Positions 14,301 to 26,461 of a DNA stretch of 64,000 nt are shown in pieces. The notes beneath the pieces are model-generated. The model had not been told where the DNA came from, made no database searches, and saw nothing but the letters and a program-made list of their open reading frames with translations. Source of the stretch: Takakia lepidozioides. Lineage: Eukaryota; Plantae; Bryophyta. The stretch's first letter is position 1. Every line of letters begins with the position of its first letter. The stretch spans positions 82,150,001 through 82,214,000 of the forward strand of contig CM060732.1 in NCBI GenBank assembly GCA_030704615.1, given 5' to 3'. A program made the translations under genes and the position numbers.

Positions 14301-15872
14301 ACTTTGGCGGTGTTCGACGTGGATATCCAGTACAAACCGGGACGAGACAACGTGGTGGCCGATGCTTTAAGTAGAAAGCAGCAGCTCTTGTTGGTGTACA
14401 AGGGCGAGACGGCGCTCCAAAGGAAGATCCGGAAAGCTTGCCGGAAGGATGAGCTGGCAAAGTCCGTGATGCAGGACTTGAGAATGGGGGTTAAATCGCA
14501 GTTCCACTTGCAAAATGGGTGCTGCCGGTATAAGCAAAAGCGTCTCTACGTGCCGAAGGGAGGGATCAGAGATAGCCTCTTGAGAGAATGCCATGATAGC
14601 CCGCTTGCGGGCCACGGCGGAGCCAAGCGCACTGCGGCACTCTTGAAGAAAGAGTATTTCTGGCCCAAACTGAGGGAGGAGGCAGAGGAGTATGTCAAGA
14701 CATGCACCACATGCCAACAAAACCGGAGCGAGTACAAAAAGCAAGCGGGGCTGTTACAACCCTTGCCGATTCCAGACGGGGATTTGGGAAAGCGTCTCGA
14801 TGGATTTCATGACTGCTATGCCGCTGTCAAAAGGATTCGATGCAATCATGGTGGTGGTGGATAGGTTCAGTAAAATGGGCCATTTCATCCCACCAAGGAG
14901 ACGGCAACGGCGCAGGAGACAGGGCGACTTTACTTCGCCCACGTCTTAAAGCATCATGGAGTCCCGAAGGATATTGTCTCGGACTGCGATCCAAAGTTTA
15001 CGAGTAATTTCTGGAGAGCACTTTGGAAGAAGATGGGGTGCCCATCATTTGGGCTGAAGATGAGCACCGCCTTCCGACCTACGACCGACGGCCAAACAGA
15101 AAGAGTGAATTCCGTAGTGAAGCAGATCTTGCGGAATTACGTGTCGGCAGACCAAACAGACTGGGTGGAACACTTAGACGCGGTAGAGTTCTGTTATAAT
15201 AACACAGAACACTCCGCAACGGGAGTTTCCCCTTTCGTATTGGTCTATGGAAAAGCACCTCTGGTGCCGACAAGTTGGGCCGCCCAGGACGTTGAGGAAC
15301 CGGCAGTAGCGGCGGTACTGGAAGAACGCGAGCGTTTGTTGAAGCTCGCAAAGTACAACATTGCCAAAGCTAGGAAACGGTATGAAAGGCAGGCGAATCG
15401 GAAGCGGAGGGAAGTGAAGTTTGAGGCAGGCACGGAGGTCTGGTTGAACATCAAGAATTTCCGACTACCTCCGGAAGTGAGTCCGAAGTTTGTACCTCCG
15501 TATGCGGGACCTTTTCGCATTCGGAAGGTTATGAATGAGGATGTGTATGAATTGGAGCTGCCGGCAAACAGCAAGGTGCACCCAGTATTCCATGTCTCCC
15601 TTTTGAAGCCTTACTTCAAAGATGAAGCGCGCCCGAATCGGCATCAAGTGTTGCGTCCGCCACCTATGCTGTTGGATCATGAAAATGAACCTGAGTACGA
15701 GGTGGAAATACTTAAGTCGAGGAGGTTCAAGAACCGAGAAACGGAGTATCTCGTCAAATGGAAGGGCTATCATCTTGTGGAGGCATCTTGGGTGCGTGCC
15801 TCAGAAATGGGAAACGCATCCGAGGCGGTTGCAGCTTTCGAAGGGCGACCTAAAAAGCGGAAGAAGCGTTGA
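11312..15872 (+). pseudogene. gag-pol of the chromovirus (frameshifted): CCHC knuckle, protease, RT, RNase H, integrase, chromodomain
   Basis: CFNCGEPGHMAKKC; LLVDTGASHSF; YIDDILVY; TDASDFAIGGVL; HDSPLAGH...CTTC; DGQTER; EYEVE...YLVKWKGY...SW followed by PKKRKKR. Confidence 0.93.
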
Positions 15873-15906
15873 TGGGGACATCAACCTTGGAGCGTGGGGG
15901 AGGAAA

Positions 15907-17125
15907 TGCATGCTTAGCCCGGCTTAGCTAGCTTAGGAATCCGATTGCAAAAACTTGTATTGTACAAAAATTTGTTATAAAGGAAATGGGTTCCAAATTC
16001 TGTGCGTCCTATTTTGTTTGGAATGGTGATGCATGGTGTGGTTGGCTAGTGTGTAGAATGCATGCTAGCTTACAAAAGTGGGAGAGGTAAATTGGGTTAA
16101 TCGTGTGTTTGCGTAGTGCCGAAATCGGGTGACCCCCCATCCAAGGGGCAAGGAAACTTGCGCCTTCTTTGGGAGTTCACGTGCTAGTGCGCACCTGGCG
16201 CGTGCGCGTACTATAACTGCGCTACCGAGGGGGTTGCTTTGTAGTGCGGGTTAACGCGGAAGCTACGTGCTTCCGTTCACGTACTATAATCGTGTAGCCT
16301 CGGGACGAAGCCGTAGTGCGGCTTCGGCGTGTTCCCGTACCTCAGGCCAGCATTCCAAGGCGGACCCAATTGTAGTGATTGGGGCGCACGGTTTGTTCAA
16401 GGTTATCTTCCTAGTCAAAGAGGGTTCCAGGTGAACCCTTGCTCAAGGTGATGCCAAAAGCGGCATCATGAGCGGTCGCAAGCAATGTTGTTGCAGTAAG
16501 GCGATTCGATCCTCGGGGAGGATCGTTCCTTGGCCTTGAAGTAGGCCAAGAAGAGTGCACTGGGAGGAGCTGGAGAGGCTCCACCCTTGGCCGGGACTTG
16601 GAGGAAGTCGGCCGAACTAGCTAGTGGAGAGTAGAGTCAAGTGTGGGGTTTGGTTCTTTGCCATGGGACGCCATGGTACGGAAACAAACTCCTTGATGTG
16701 GGACGCCACAACTTGGATGTTCGTTTCTACAAAATGGACAAGTCGATGAGGACATCGACTCCCTGTTGGTAGGGGTGTGTGTCGCGGCCCTTTGCCTTGA
16801 GGGCAGGGGGTCAGGACACATGAGGGGCTGCCCTTGTGGTGGGGGCAGCGGCAGCGATAGGTATGGGGGGCTGAAGCACCCTTGAGTGCCCAAGGCACTC
16901 AGGGAAGCGGAGGCGCTCACTAGGTGGAGCCCCGCACACCGGGTTGCGGTGGGGGTGGCTCCACAAGGGGTGGTGGTAGCTTAGCGGGACTTAGTGGGGG
17001 TGGCATAGGACTCACCATGGGGGCGGAGACCTCGTGGTGGGAGTCGTGGGGAGTCTTGGGACTCATCACGGTCCATAGGGGCCGTGGTGAGCGGGCCAAG
17101 ACTCACCGAAGTGAGGTGCGCGACA
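15907..17125 (+). repeat. 3' LTR region: the part matching the 5' LTR is 17001-17125 (with a 376-bp internal deletion); the true start may be 15907
   Basis: 17001-17125 equals the 5' LTR minus the segment between two ACCG microhomologies. A pure purine tract GGGGGAGGAAA (15896-15906) followed by TG lies right after the pol stop. Confidence 0.6.
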
Positions 17126-17819
17126 TATCCGGAGGGAAAGAACGCACTGCAGCTCCTACATTCACTGGTTTGTTTCTCCCTTACGAACAAGGAGAGGCAA
17201 AGAACCACAAGTTCTGGTTCTGCGCTGACGATTGCGGCAGATGTGTGCGTGGGACAGTGAGGCCCTCCGTGGTGAGGAAGCCTACTCCACCAACCGTGTG
17301 GCCTGTGAAGATGGGCACAGGTCTCACTCACCAAGCGATCGCAATGCTGGAAGAGGCGGGTTTCTCCCTAGCCAGACATTCCATTGCACGTGAAGGTGCT
17401 TCAAGTACAGTTCACGAGTACCTCCGCTTGACGCTCACTTGTGGCCAACCAGACGGAATGGGAAGCTGGTTCGACGATTCCCTCCAACCGCATAATACAA
17501 CGGCAAAATCGAGTCCGCGAGAATGCTTCACGCTCGTGTTGCGGGAACAATGGAAGTGCCTAATCCAGGATATGGTCGGGTCTTCACCATGATCTCATCC
17601 ACATTTGCGCTGCAGGACAAGACGTACGACATCACTGTTTCCAATTTTCCCAATTGTACCTATCCTGATTTTGTTGGTATGCTTTCAAGTAGTTTGGGAA
17701 AGAGAAGGAAGTTTATACCGTGCAAAAACCTTGATCCAAAGCGCGACTTCTTCATTCACCAAGCCACTATGAGTTTCAACGAAGTCAACACACTTCTACA
17801 GCGGGATACAAGCCCATAG
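17126..17819 (+). mobile_element. C-terminal part of the MULE-like transposase with degenerate SWIM zinc finger
   Basis: APTFTG...FWFCADDCGRCVRG...WPVKMGT; YDITVSNFPNCTYPDF...CK...FIHQATMSFNEV. Confidence 0.7.
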
Positions 17820-18013
17820 AAAGCATGCACTTGACATGAAGAAATATGTGTTTTCCTTGACTACTACTTGTAATGGAATGACTGTTCAAGTCCAGTGTCT
17901 CTCAATGTATGTTGTCTAACATCTTTGCTATGCGTGGGTCAATTCATTTGTCGCATTGGTTTGTCATTTTGTTTCACACACAAGAAACTACCTTCAGATA
18001 GACAGATGATCAA

Positions 18014-18210
18014 ATCAACCTTGTGTTAACACGAGGTTCACTTGAAGTTCTCCAAATCCCCCTTGTGTCGAAACAAGGTTGATTTTAGTTCTAAGAAAAC
18101 AACATCGTGTCAACACGAGGTTGATTCGGAGAACTTCATATCAACCTCGTGTTGACACGATGTTGATTTTTGTTCCAGGAAAACAACCTCGTGTTAACAC
18201 AACGCATTTC
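18014..18210. repeat. Diverged copies (~5) of the CAACC...GGTTG palindrome downstream of the transposase
   Basis: For example TCAACCTCGTGTTGACACGATGTTGA at 18141; differences from the 3.2-6.7 kb copies are mainly C>T/G>A. Confidence 0.75.
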
Positions 18211-18514
18211 GTTTAAAAAGCTTGTTAACAGAAGGTTGAACTGCGGAAAGCCCGAAACCCTTCATCCGTTTCACCTTCATGTGGTGAAATCAACAGTTGG
18301 GGGCCCCACGGTTATAGGCCCACCTTCTTTGTGGTGATGTGGCATGACCTCGACCAGGCTCATGTCACGTCAGCTGCATGAGCGTAGGCTCACGCCATGT
18401 CATCGTTGTGTGAGCGTACGCTCACACGCTCACGCGCCACGTTCACGCGGTAGCGTTGTTGATGTTGCAGGCTTGGGTGACATCTATCATGGAAGCCCCC
18501 CCCCCCTGGATTTG

Positions 18515-18802
18515 GTCGTGTGTAGACAATGGTCACTTCCGGTTCGCTTCTTCAAGATAAGGCGTATCAGGTTACAATTGGCACCTGTCCGGACTGCACT
18601 TGCCCGAATTTCATTTGCATGCGTGACGGCAGCCTGGGAAAGAAGAGGAAGTGTGTTCTTTGCAAGCACCTGTACTACATTTTTGTGCGCAGGATGTATT
18701 GTAAGTCGTGACCCCAAAAGAGACCAGTACATTCACCAGGCCACACTATCACCTGATGAAGTCCATACTCTTCTGCAACGTGACAAGTCCGAGACCGGTT
18801 AA
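18515..18802 (+). mobile_element. Second, related SWIM-finger transposase 3' fragment
   Basis: YQVTIGTCPDCTCPNF...CKHLYYIF...DPKRDQYIHQATLSPDEV is an intact CxCx(n)CKH SWIM motif, paralogous to 17600-17819. Confidence 0.75.
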
Positions 18803-19959
18803 GTAGTAGAAATACTGCTTATCTGCATTTCATATTATGCGCGGAAATTGAGTAACAATGAAGCAATAACATAGTGGTGCCTCAGTACATGTCTTCATTC
18901 AATCACTTACTCATGTGCCGGTTCTATGCAACTCATATAATACATAGTGATATTCTATCATTGCATAGGCATGGATTGTGCTGTCGTTCGTTTCCCAAAA
19001 GTGCTCTTGGATTCTCTTATTGCGCTGTGTAGTTGAAGTAGTGTTGGCCATGGGAATAGGTTGGTGGGAATAGGTGTCGTTTCTAATACATCCTAGACCC
19101 TGGGCTCATGCTTATGAAGCGTGAGCCTAGGCTCACGCTTACTGTGCTAAACGTGAGCCCAGCTCCCAGGCTCATGGGGCTGAGCTCATGACCTAGCTGC
19201 CCTCCACATGTCATCCCTAAACATGTCTGCGCATCCCATTTCAACTAAATTTTTGGCAAGAAGTACAAACCAAGTTCATGGCTAGGCAGCCAATATCCAC
19301 GCAAATTTTCCATAGATTAGGCTCTATAGGAGAAGTAGGATTAGCTCTTATTTCCTCCTGATCCGGATGAAATTAGAATCCGAATCATCATAGTTTGATC
19401 CCTCACTGTCCAAATTCATGCAGCCACAAGCATCCACCCCTAACATGTTTTCCACTGAACAAGACAATGCGGCATCTATGTCTATCAACTAATACAAGTG
19501 GGGAGGATATTGAGTGCATGCTCACGGCAGAGAAAAAGAACACAAACCATAACTCTGTCTCTGCCACAATGTCCCATGTGTTTCAATTACAGTGCCATAC
19601 ACCCAAAAAGGGGGGGGGGCAAAAAGATGCTGCATCAAAGAATTACAAATCCCAAAATCGAATTTTTACAGTTTGCTCCATCACCCCCAATTCTTCAAGG
19701 CTTTGGCTATGACCAGCCAAATCTGGTGCAACCTGAGAGCTTCTCAACAAATAATATAAGGCAGGGGATTGGTCATCTGGTCCCCCTTCAAAATGATTTG
19801 CAGATGAGGAATTGACTTACCCAGTGACCTTGCCAGACTTTCGAGCCTCATCTTGGTTAAGTTTGTAGACGACGTGCAGCAAAGTCGGGCCACACAGACT
19901 CACTCAGCAGCTCATTGATGTCGGAAAAGAACAAGTTCTAGGATGACCCTCCTTCTTCC

Positions 19960-20310
19960 GTTCAATCGGGGACATCTCGTAACACCATCCAGTATTGTGT
20001 GTACATGAAATCTGGTCTATCAAGATTCTTCACTTGATAAAGCTCTAAAGCCCTTCACAAATTATCATCTGCACTAGCTGAGCCAGACTCACGCACGGTA
20101 AGAACTCGCTGATACACACCCGAGAACTTGCTCACATCGTGCTTGATGTGGCCCCATTTCACCTCCAATGATCGTGCAGGCCTTGCAGTGCAACCATGAG
20201 GAATTTGTGAATTGTAATGTGCAGTTACTCGCTCCCAAAAGGCTGCCGATTTTTGCCCGCTGCCTGTGCAAGGAGGGTGAGAGATGGCCAAGTAACTGCG
20301 ACATAATTGT
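19960..20310 (-). pseudogene. Myb/SANT-like 'NAM-associated' protein fragment (PIF/Harbinger ORF1-type)
   Basis: GSGQKSAAFWERVTAHYN...RPARSLEVKWGHIKHDVSKFSGVY...RESG...ALELY; degenerate. Confidence 0.65.
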
Positions 20311-20923
20311 CATTCTTCATTATCTATGAAATTTGTTTCATTTTCGTGTGCGCGATCTGCCTTGAGCGGATGGAACAGCAAAGGTTGGGGGGAAGAGAGG
20401 GTGAGACCTGTTGCACCTTGGGTCGCAACGATGGACGGGCGGGCCGAGACTGTAGCAAGAAGAGACTCCCAGTCCATTTGACCTGGGAGTTGTTGTTAGG
20501 GGCAGCGGATCTTGTGGTTGTGCGGGAGAATGTCATTCTCTATAGATAGTGCAGGAGTGTGACAAAATTCGGTGAGGGTCACTATTTTGAAGTGCGGGAA
20601 TGTGATGTGAGGTCTTATGAGCCTAAGTGGGGAGTGTGCTTGAGTTGTATATTGAAGGAGTATATCCCAAATAGTGTTTATGAGTAGTATTGAGGAAAAT
20701 AAGTTTATCAAGATAGTATATAAACATACTTTACAAGCTAAATTGTACCACAAACCCTATTCATTCTACAAATTGTGTTTGGATGGGGAATAAGAAGAAT
20801 TCCCAAGGCGCAAAGGAGAGGTAGGAGCTGGGCCAGCTAGGGAAAGGGGCGCTAAATGAAAGACGTAATGCTGATTAGAGATAATCTAATGAGTGAAATA
20901 CCAAAAGATGAAGCTCGTAGAGT

Positions 20924-21008
20924 TGTCGTGCGCATACGTATCGCTACACAACTACATCGCTGTCCAAACCACACCACACATATATGCACAATAAAGTAGT
21001 CTGCCACA
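20924..21008. repeat. Repeat Y (85 bp, TG...CA), terminal copy
   Basis: Identical to 21361-21445. Confidence 0.95.
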
Positions 21009-21009
21009 A

Positions 21010-21358
21010 TGATAGAAAAGCTAAGTACACACTGTTGACACAAAACATGACAACCAAAACCATCACTCTTTAAAACAGAAGTCGAGCCAGGGGCACCCCA
21101 AGCTATGGGGACTCCACCCCACAACAACCTACACTCCCATCATAAGCACACTCAGTCCTAAACGATGCAGGAGCTCGGTCACGCAGGCTCAACTCGAGAG
21201 AGATGAGCCGCGCGACTGCCGCTCTCGTGAAGATAAGACGGTTCAGGTGTCAAACTAAACTTGACACCTGATTTAACACTTGACCTAAATCCAAGTGTTA
21301 AATACAAATAACTAGCTTTATTCTAGCTAGTTTCACACTGTGCTTATTTAACTTGACA
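21010..21358. repeat. Repeat X (349 bp, TG...CA), internal copy
   Basis: Matches 34939-35287 with one visible mismatch (21242 vs 35171). Confidence 0.95.
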
Positions 21359-21360
21359 GC

Positions 21361-21445
21361 TGTCGTGCGCATACGTATCGCTACACAACTACATCGCTGT
21401 CCAAACCACACCACACATATATGCACAATAAAGTAGTCTGCCACA
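21361..21445. repeat. Repeat Y, internal copy, preceded on the element strand by the PPT-like AGCTAGGGGGCGAT
   Basis: Identical to 20924-21008; its junction with X is GACA-gc-TGTC. Confidence 0.95.
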
Positions 21446-21705
21446 ATCGCCCCCCTAGCTGGTGGATAGGTCCCTCTAACTCCAGATAGCTACAAGATGT
21501 AATAGCCACAGCCGTACTAAGTCCTCTATCACTGTCCCTATTGCACTCAAACCCTATAGACCAAGAGGCCGGGTACAAGAGTAGCCCCATCGTTAGTCGC
21601 CGTCTTGCAATCTGTGAACTTGAGCCAGGACCTCGTGTGTTCAAGGTCTCCTAGTAGCTGGGCCTTGCGTTTCTTGTTAGCCTTCCATGGTTGTATCCAC
21701 TCCCA

Positions 21706-23818
21706 CTATCCAATGCAATGTGGACATAACCAATCCCCATCCGGAACCATCTCAAGAGGTGGAGTCAAGCATCCCATATGCCAACCTCTAGAGCATCGAT
21801 CACACACCAGCATGGTGGCTACTCCTTTAGCAGACCCACACAACATGCACCTCAAACCTGCAGATACCACTGCCAGGTTTGGGTCAATCCTGCCATCGAC
21901 ATTCGGAAGGTGACATGGCGCACAATTACGCACATGGTCCTTCCAAGTTATGCCATCCCGACCCTCCAAGACCAAGACGCCTGAGGGCAAGACCTCTCGA
22001 ACCCTCAAAATAACACATCCTGCAGTCACATCCAAGGTCGTAGGAGCAGTCTGCTGCAGATAGACATAGTCACCAGGGTTGAATCTCCGAACCCCAGGAC
22101 GATAGCCCCCACCACGTATGGTAGCATACCTCAACGTATCACGGTGTTGTGCAATGGCAAGGTTCTCGAAAGCCATGGGCATGACTCTCTTGAACAACTC
22201 TGCACGCTGCTCACATGCACGTGCCCACACGTCCGGATCGTCAAGGTTAAGAACTGTAGCAGCTTCTCTGCGAATGGATGTAGGCAAATCCGGCTCTCGG
22301 CCAAAGAGAAGAAAGTATGGTGAGAAGGAGGCAAGTGATGCTTGCTTGCTGAACCTGTAGCCCATGGCTAACCAGGGTAACTGAAGGTCCCAATCTCCTA
22401 GGTGTCCCTTCTGCAAGCCATACTTGCGCAAACCCCTCTTTACTGTCTGAACAACTCTCTCTGCCAAGCCATCGGCCTCAGGATGATCCCGAGAAGTGGT
22501 GCGGTGGTCTATCAAGGCCTTGTCACACAACGCCTGAAACTCCCCCCAAGAACTCTCTCCCTTGGTCCGTGAGTACCTCAGCTGGAGCACCGAATCGGCT
22601 AAGCACACAATCCAAGAATGCATACGCAGCTCCCTCACTAGCCTTATCAGGCAATGGAACCAATTCAATCCACTTGGAGAAGTGCTCCACCATCACCAAC
22701 ACGTACTTGTTGTGGCGCATGGTCAGTGGCAACGGCCCTGCGAAGTCAAGACTCCACCTGTAGCCCAATCCCATGATCGGAAGAGGGTGCAATTGTGGAG
22801 TAGGGGCGTTGAATGAAGCACGCACCCTGTCACACACCATGCACCTAGCCACAAATTGTTGCACCTCTGTGTGCATACCACGCCACCAATACTGCCCCTG
22901 CAGTAGACTATGAGTGCGTCGCACCCCAAAATGCCCCAACTCCTCATGGGCATGGCGCACTAACCGTGCCCGCTGTGTTGGGCGAGGCACAATCCTCACT
23001 CGACCATCCTCCCACACTCGGAGCAGGTGTGTCCCCTCCCACTTGAACCTCTTGGCTCGTTGTAGGATCCGATCCCTCTCCTTGGCAGTCACAGTGGCTG
23101 CCGTGTCTCCAGTGCGGAGGTAATCCAACACAACTGAATCCTCATGTATATCTTTGGCACCACCTTGCTCATTGCTGGCCTCAGGGTCCTCAGACACTTG
23201 ATCTACAGTCATCCCTGTTGCAGGTCCAACCTGGCCTTCCGCTGCCAAGATACACAGAAATGCAGATGCATGCCATCCGGGCACCATCTCCTCGTCCGTC
23301 TCACCATGCCACCGAGCTCCAGTGTCATCCTGTTGGCTCGTGCATGGATTGCGACTCAACCCATCTGCATTGCGATTGACCAAACCCGGTCGATGCACCA
23401 CCTGAAAGTCATACTCTTGAAGGATGAGTGCCCACCGTGCAAGCTTCCCCGTAAGCTTGTCTGACTCCATCAACCACTTGAGTGGTTGGTGATCCGTGAC
23501 AAGGGTGAAGAGATTGCCGTATAGATAGCACCTGAAGTGTGCCACGGCCCACACTGCAGCTAAGCATTCTCCCTCATATGAGCTATACTTAGACTCTGCA
23601 GCATTGTTCGAGCGACTAGCATAAGCCACTACGAACTCTCTTCCCTCATCATCCACCTGTGTGAGCACCGCTCCAAGCCCCAGCATGCTCCAATCTGTAT
23701 GCAGCTGAAAAGGACGCCCCCTGATAGGTCGTCTCAAGATGGGCGCCGAGGTCAACCTCGCCTTGAGCTCTTGAAAAGCTTGTTCTTGCTCATCTTCCCA
23801 CTGCCACTCCTGGTCCAC
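21706..23818 (-). CDS. RNase H plus DDE integrase with C-terminal PHD finger (one frameshift near 22545)
   Basis: LHTDWS...YEGECLAAVWA...TDH (RNase H); HEELGH...CMVC (HHCC); SLDF, LTDQG, GLAER (D,D,E); CMLC...MLVCDRCSRGWHMGCLTPPLEMVPDGDWLCPHC (C4HC3 PHD). Confidence 0.92.
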
Positions 23819-23832
23819 CTTGGTCAGCTTGG

Positions 23833-24760
23833 TTAGAGCCTTTGCAATGGCACTGAATCCCTTAACCGTCTGTAATAGTTTGCTAACCCCATGAAAGCTC
23901 GAACTCGGCTCACATCCGTGGGGCGTGGAACCTGTGCAATGGACTCTACCTTAGTCTGCTGTACCCCCAATCCTCCAGGATATATCATGTGACCCAGATA
24001 CTCAATCTGGTTGTGGAAAAACTTGCACTTGCCCGGATGTAACTTCAATCCGTGCGTCCTTAAGCGCTCAAATACCCCCTGAAGGTGTCTCTCATGCTCC
24101 TCCACCGTAGCACTAAAGATGATGATGTCATCTATGTAGCACCGAGCAAACTCCACCCCTGCTAGAATCCTGTCCATGACTCTTTGAAACTCAGCGGGAG
24201 CGTTTTTAAGCCCAAATGGTAAGAACCGCCACTGGTATAGGCAATCCTTCCCGTGCTCATTGATCCCCCAGAATGCCGTCTTTTGCTTATCCGCCTCCTT
24301 GATCGGCAACTGGTGATATCCGGATCGTAAATCCAACGTGCTAAAGACCTTGGAATGCCCAATGGCATCAAAGATCTCCTCTGGTGTTGGCATGGCATAC
24401 CTATCGGACTTGGTCTGACGATTTACAGGCCGGTAATCACCGCACATACGTCTCTCCGTCCAATTGCCATAGACATCCTTCTTAGCTGGCATCACTGTGG
24501 CTGAAGCATACTCTCCACCAGAGAGCTCCACCAAAACCTGCCTCCCAGAGATCTTGAGTCCTCATCTGAATCAAAGACCTCTCCATGTCACTGTATCTAT
24601 AGGGTCTCCGAAAGATTGGCGTGTCAGTGGCCAACTCAATACAGATCTCTTGACCCTTCAGTGCTCCCAAGTCCTTCAAACTGAAGGCAAAGCAATTCCT
24701 GTAAGCCCTCAGGAACCGCCGTATACGTCGTCTCTCTCCTCCGGTGACAATGGGTCCAAT
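23833..24760 (-). CDS. Ty3/gypsy-type reverse transcriptase (frameshifted at both ends)
   Basis: [43 protein letters not shown]...YLGH. Confidence 0.95.
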
Positions 24761-25159
24761 GTCAGGCTCCCAATTGTCCTCCGTAACTGCAACCTTAAGT
24801 CCAGTGGGCTTAGAGGTAGAGGACGCGTCCCGTGGTTGCTATGCTGCAACCTCTTGAGCAGTACTCCCTTCCTGCTCAGTCAATGACAAGGCCTCATCCT
24901 GCCCCATCATCTCATCATTGAGAACCTCCTCAACCCGAGAAGAATCCCCAACCTCATCCATCACAGCTGCCTTGGCTGCCAACTCCCTCTGAACCTCGAG
25001 CACCTCCCACGTGTGCCATGGATGTCTACACCCCGTGGTCCTCACCGGCTCGCCCCCACTCGCTGCCTGTACCGTCTCGGTAGGCAGAGAGACCATGAAG
25101 GGGAGTGCACTCCGCACTCTACGTTGCTCAGCCATAGCCAAGCTGATAATCCAGGTCAA

Positions 25160-26090
25160 GCAATTGAGATCCATTGCTTGCCCCAACACCTGACACCGTG
25201 ATGCCTCAGAAAGAGAAGGCACCGCCGTGGTCCCAGTGGAAAACCCCATAGCCCGCTCTCGCTCGTCGGCATTAGGCTCCACTAACTGCTGCAACTGAGC
25301 ATCCCACAGGAGGCCAGGTCCACCATCCCGAAAAGCATGGGATCCTGGGAAGCTGAGCAGTGTAGGTAATGTTGCTCGTGGTTGACCCAACCTGTTGACC
25401 ACTGCCAAAGGCGAACGGTCATCGTGTCTCACACGTTGAGACTGCCTTCCTGTGTCCAAAATGCCATCCACGGTGAGGTGTGCTGGCCGCTGCACCCCAT
25501 CAAATGCACGCTTGAGCAGTGCGGGTGGCATCAAGTTAGTCCACCATAGCCGTGGACGATGAGCCCGTGATCCCACTACAGCTGCATCCAGCAGCACTGC
25601 TGACCCAAGCCACGACCGGACTTGATGCACACTGGCCATCACCCTGGCCCGAGAATCGCCCATTAGTGGCACATTCTCCAAGATGTATGCTGGCGATACA
25701 TCTTGTGAAGCTGCAAGTGGCGCAAAATCCGCACCATCTCCCAAAACAAACCCGTCCTCGAGTCTCGCAATCCATTGCCATGCCCGGCTGATGAATGCCC
25801 TTGGCAGGGCCAACCTGCCACTACCAGATCAATGGAGCCAACCTGCTCCAAAATCCGGCGCCCCCAGCAACGAAATGTCTACTGGCAAGGCTTGTTGGTA
25901 TCCACGAACTGCAGACACTGGCAACAAAGCAGGGTACCAACTGAGCAACATGGCAGTGAGACGCGTCGTGCAGTCTCATCATCCTCTCCACATACAGGTA
26001 ACGCCTTTACCCGCACACCTGCCTGTAGCACAGCAGCCAATCGGTGCTGATCCCGCCAAACAAGTCCAGAAGGCAAATGCCTTCATCCGA
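25160..26090 (-). CDS. C5-cytosine DNA methyltransferase domain (DNMT3-like, unpermuted motif order) embedded in pol; frameshifted
   Basis: Across frames: motif I LLDLFGGIST (~26043-26072), IV IDLVVAGWPCQG, VI YILENV, VIII AHRPRLWW, IX ERERAMGF, X QVLGQAMD. Confidence 0.9.
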
Positions 26091-26461
26091 TACTGCCACA
26101 CAATAGGTGTGGTATCCATGGTGACAACTGAGGTGGTCCTGGTTGCAATACCCGCACTCTCCTCCTCTCTTGACGTATACAAAAGCCTCTACCCAGCTTG
26201 TTGCACCCGTCGATCAGCAACCTGCTGCAAATCCTTGCTCGTACCCCACAATGGAGTGTGAGCAACCATGGCAGGCAACTCCGCCATACCATGCATGTCA
26301 TTGCTGGGGTGGTGCAATCCTCTGCATGGGCATTGCCTTTCCAGCAACTCTCCAGGCCAACTAACTGCAGCTGTAAAGGCGGCTAGTGTTGGCATCTTGC
26401 CCCGTTGGGCAGCCACTATACCCCCAATGAATGTCACAGGGAGCTTTGCACGGCAACCATC

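Larger units (their letters stand above)
10757..17125 (+). mobile_element. Ty3/gypsy chromovirus LTR retrotransposon nested in the MULE-like transposase
   Basis: Direct repeats 10757-11257 and 17001-17125, tRNA-Met PBS, and gag-PR-RT-RH-INT-chromodomain order. Confidence 0.95.

Noticed and set aside
25160-26090. Host DRM/DNMT3 gene or bacterial restriction-modification methylase
   Set aside because: The domain is intronless and collinear within pol between protease and RT, its motif order is not DRM-permuted, and there is no endonuclease partner.
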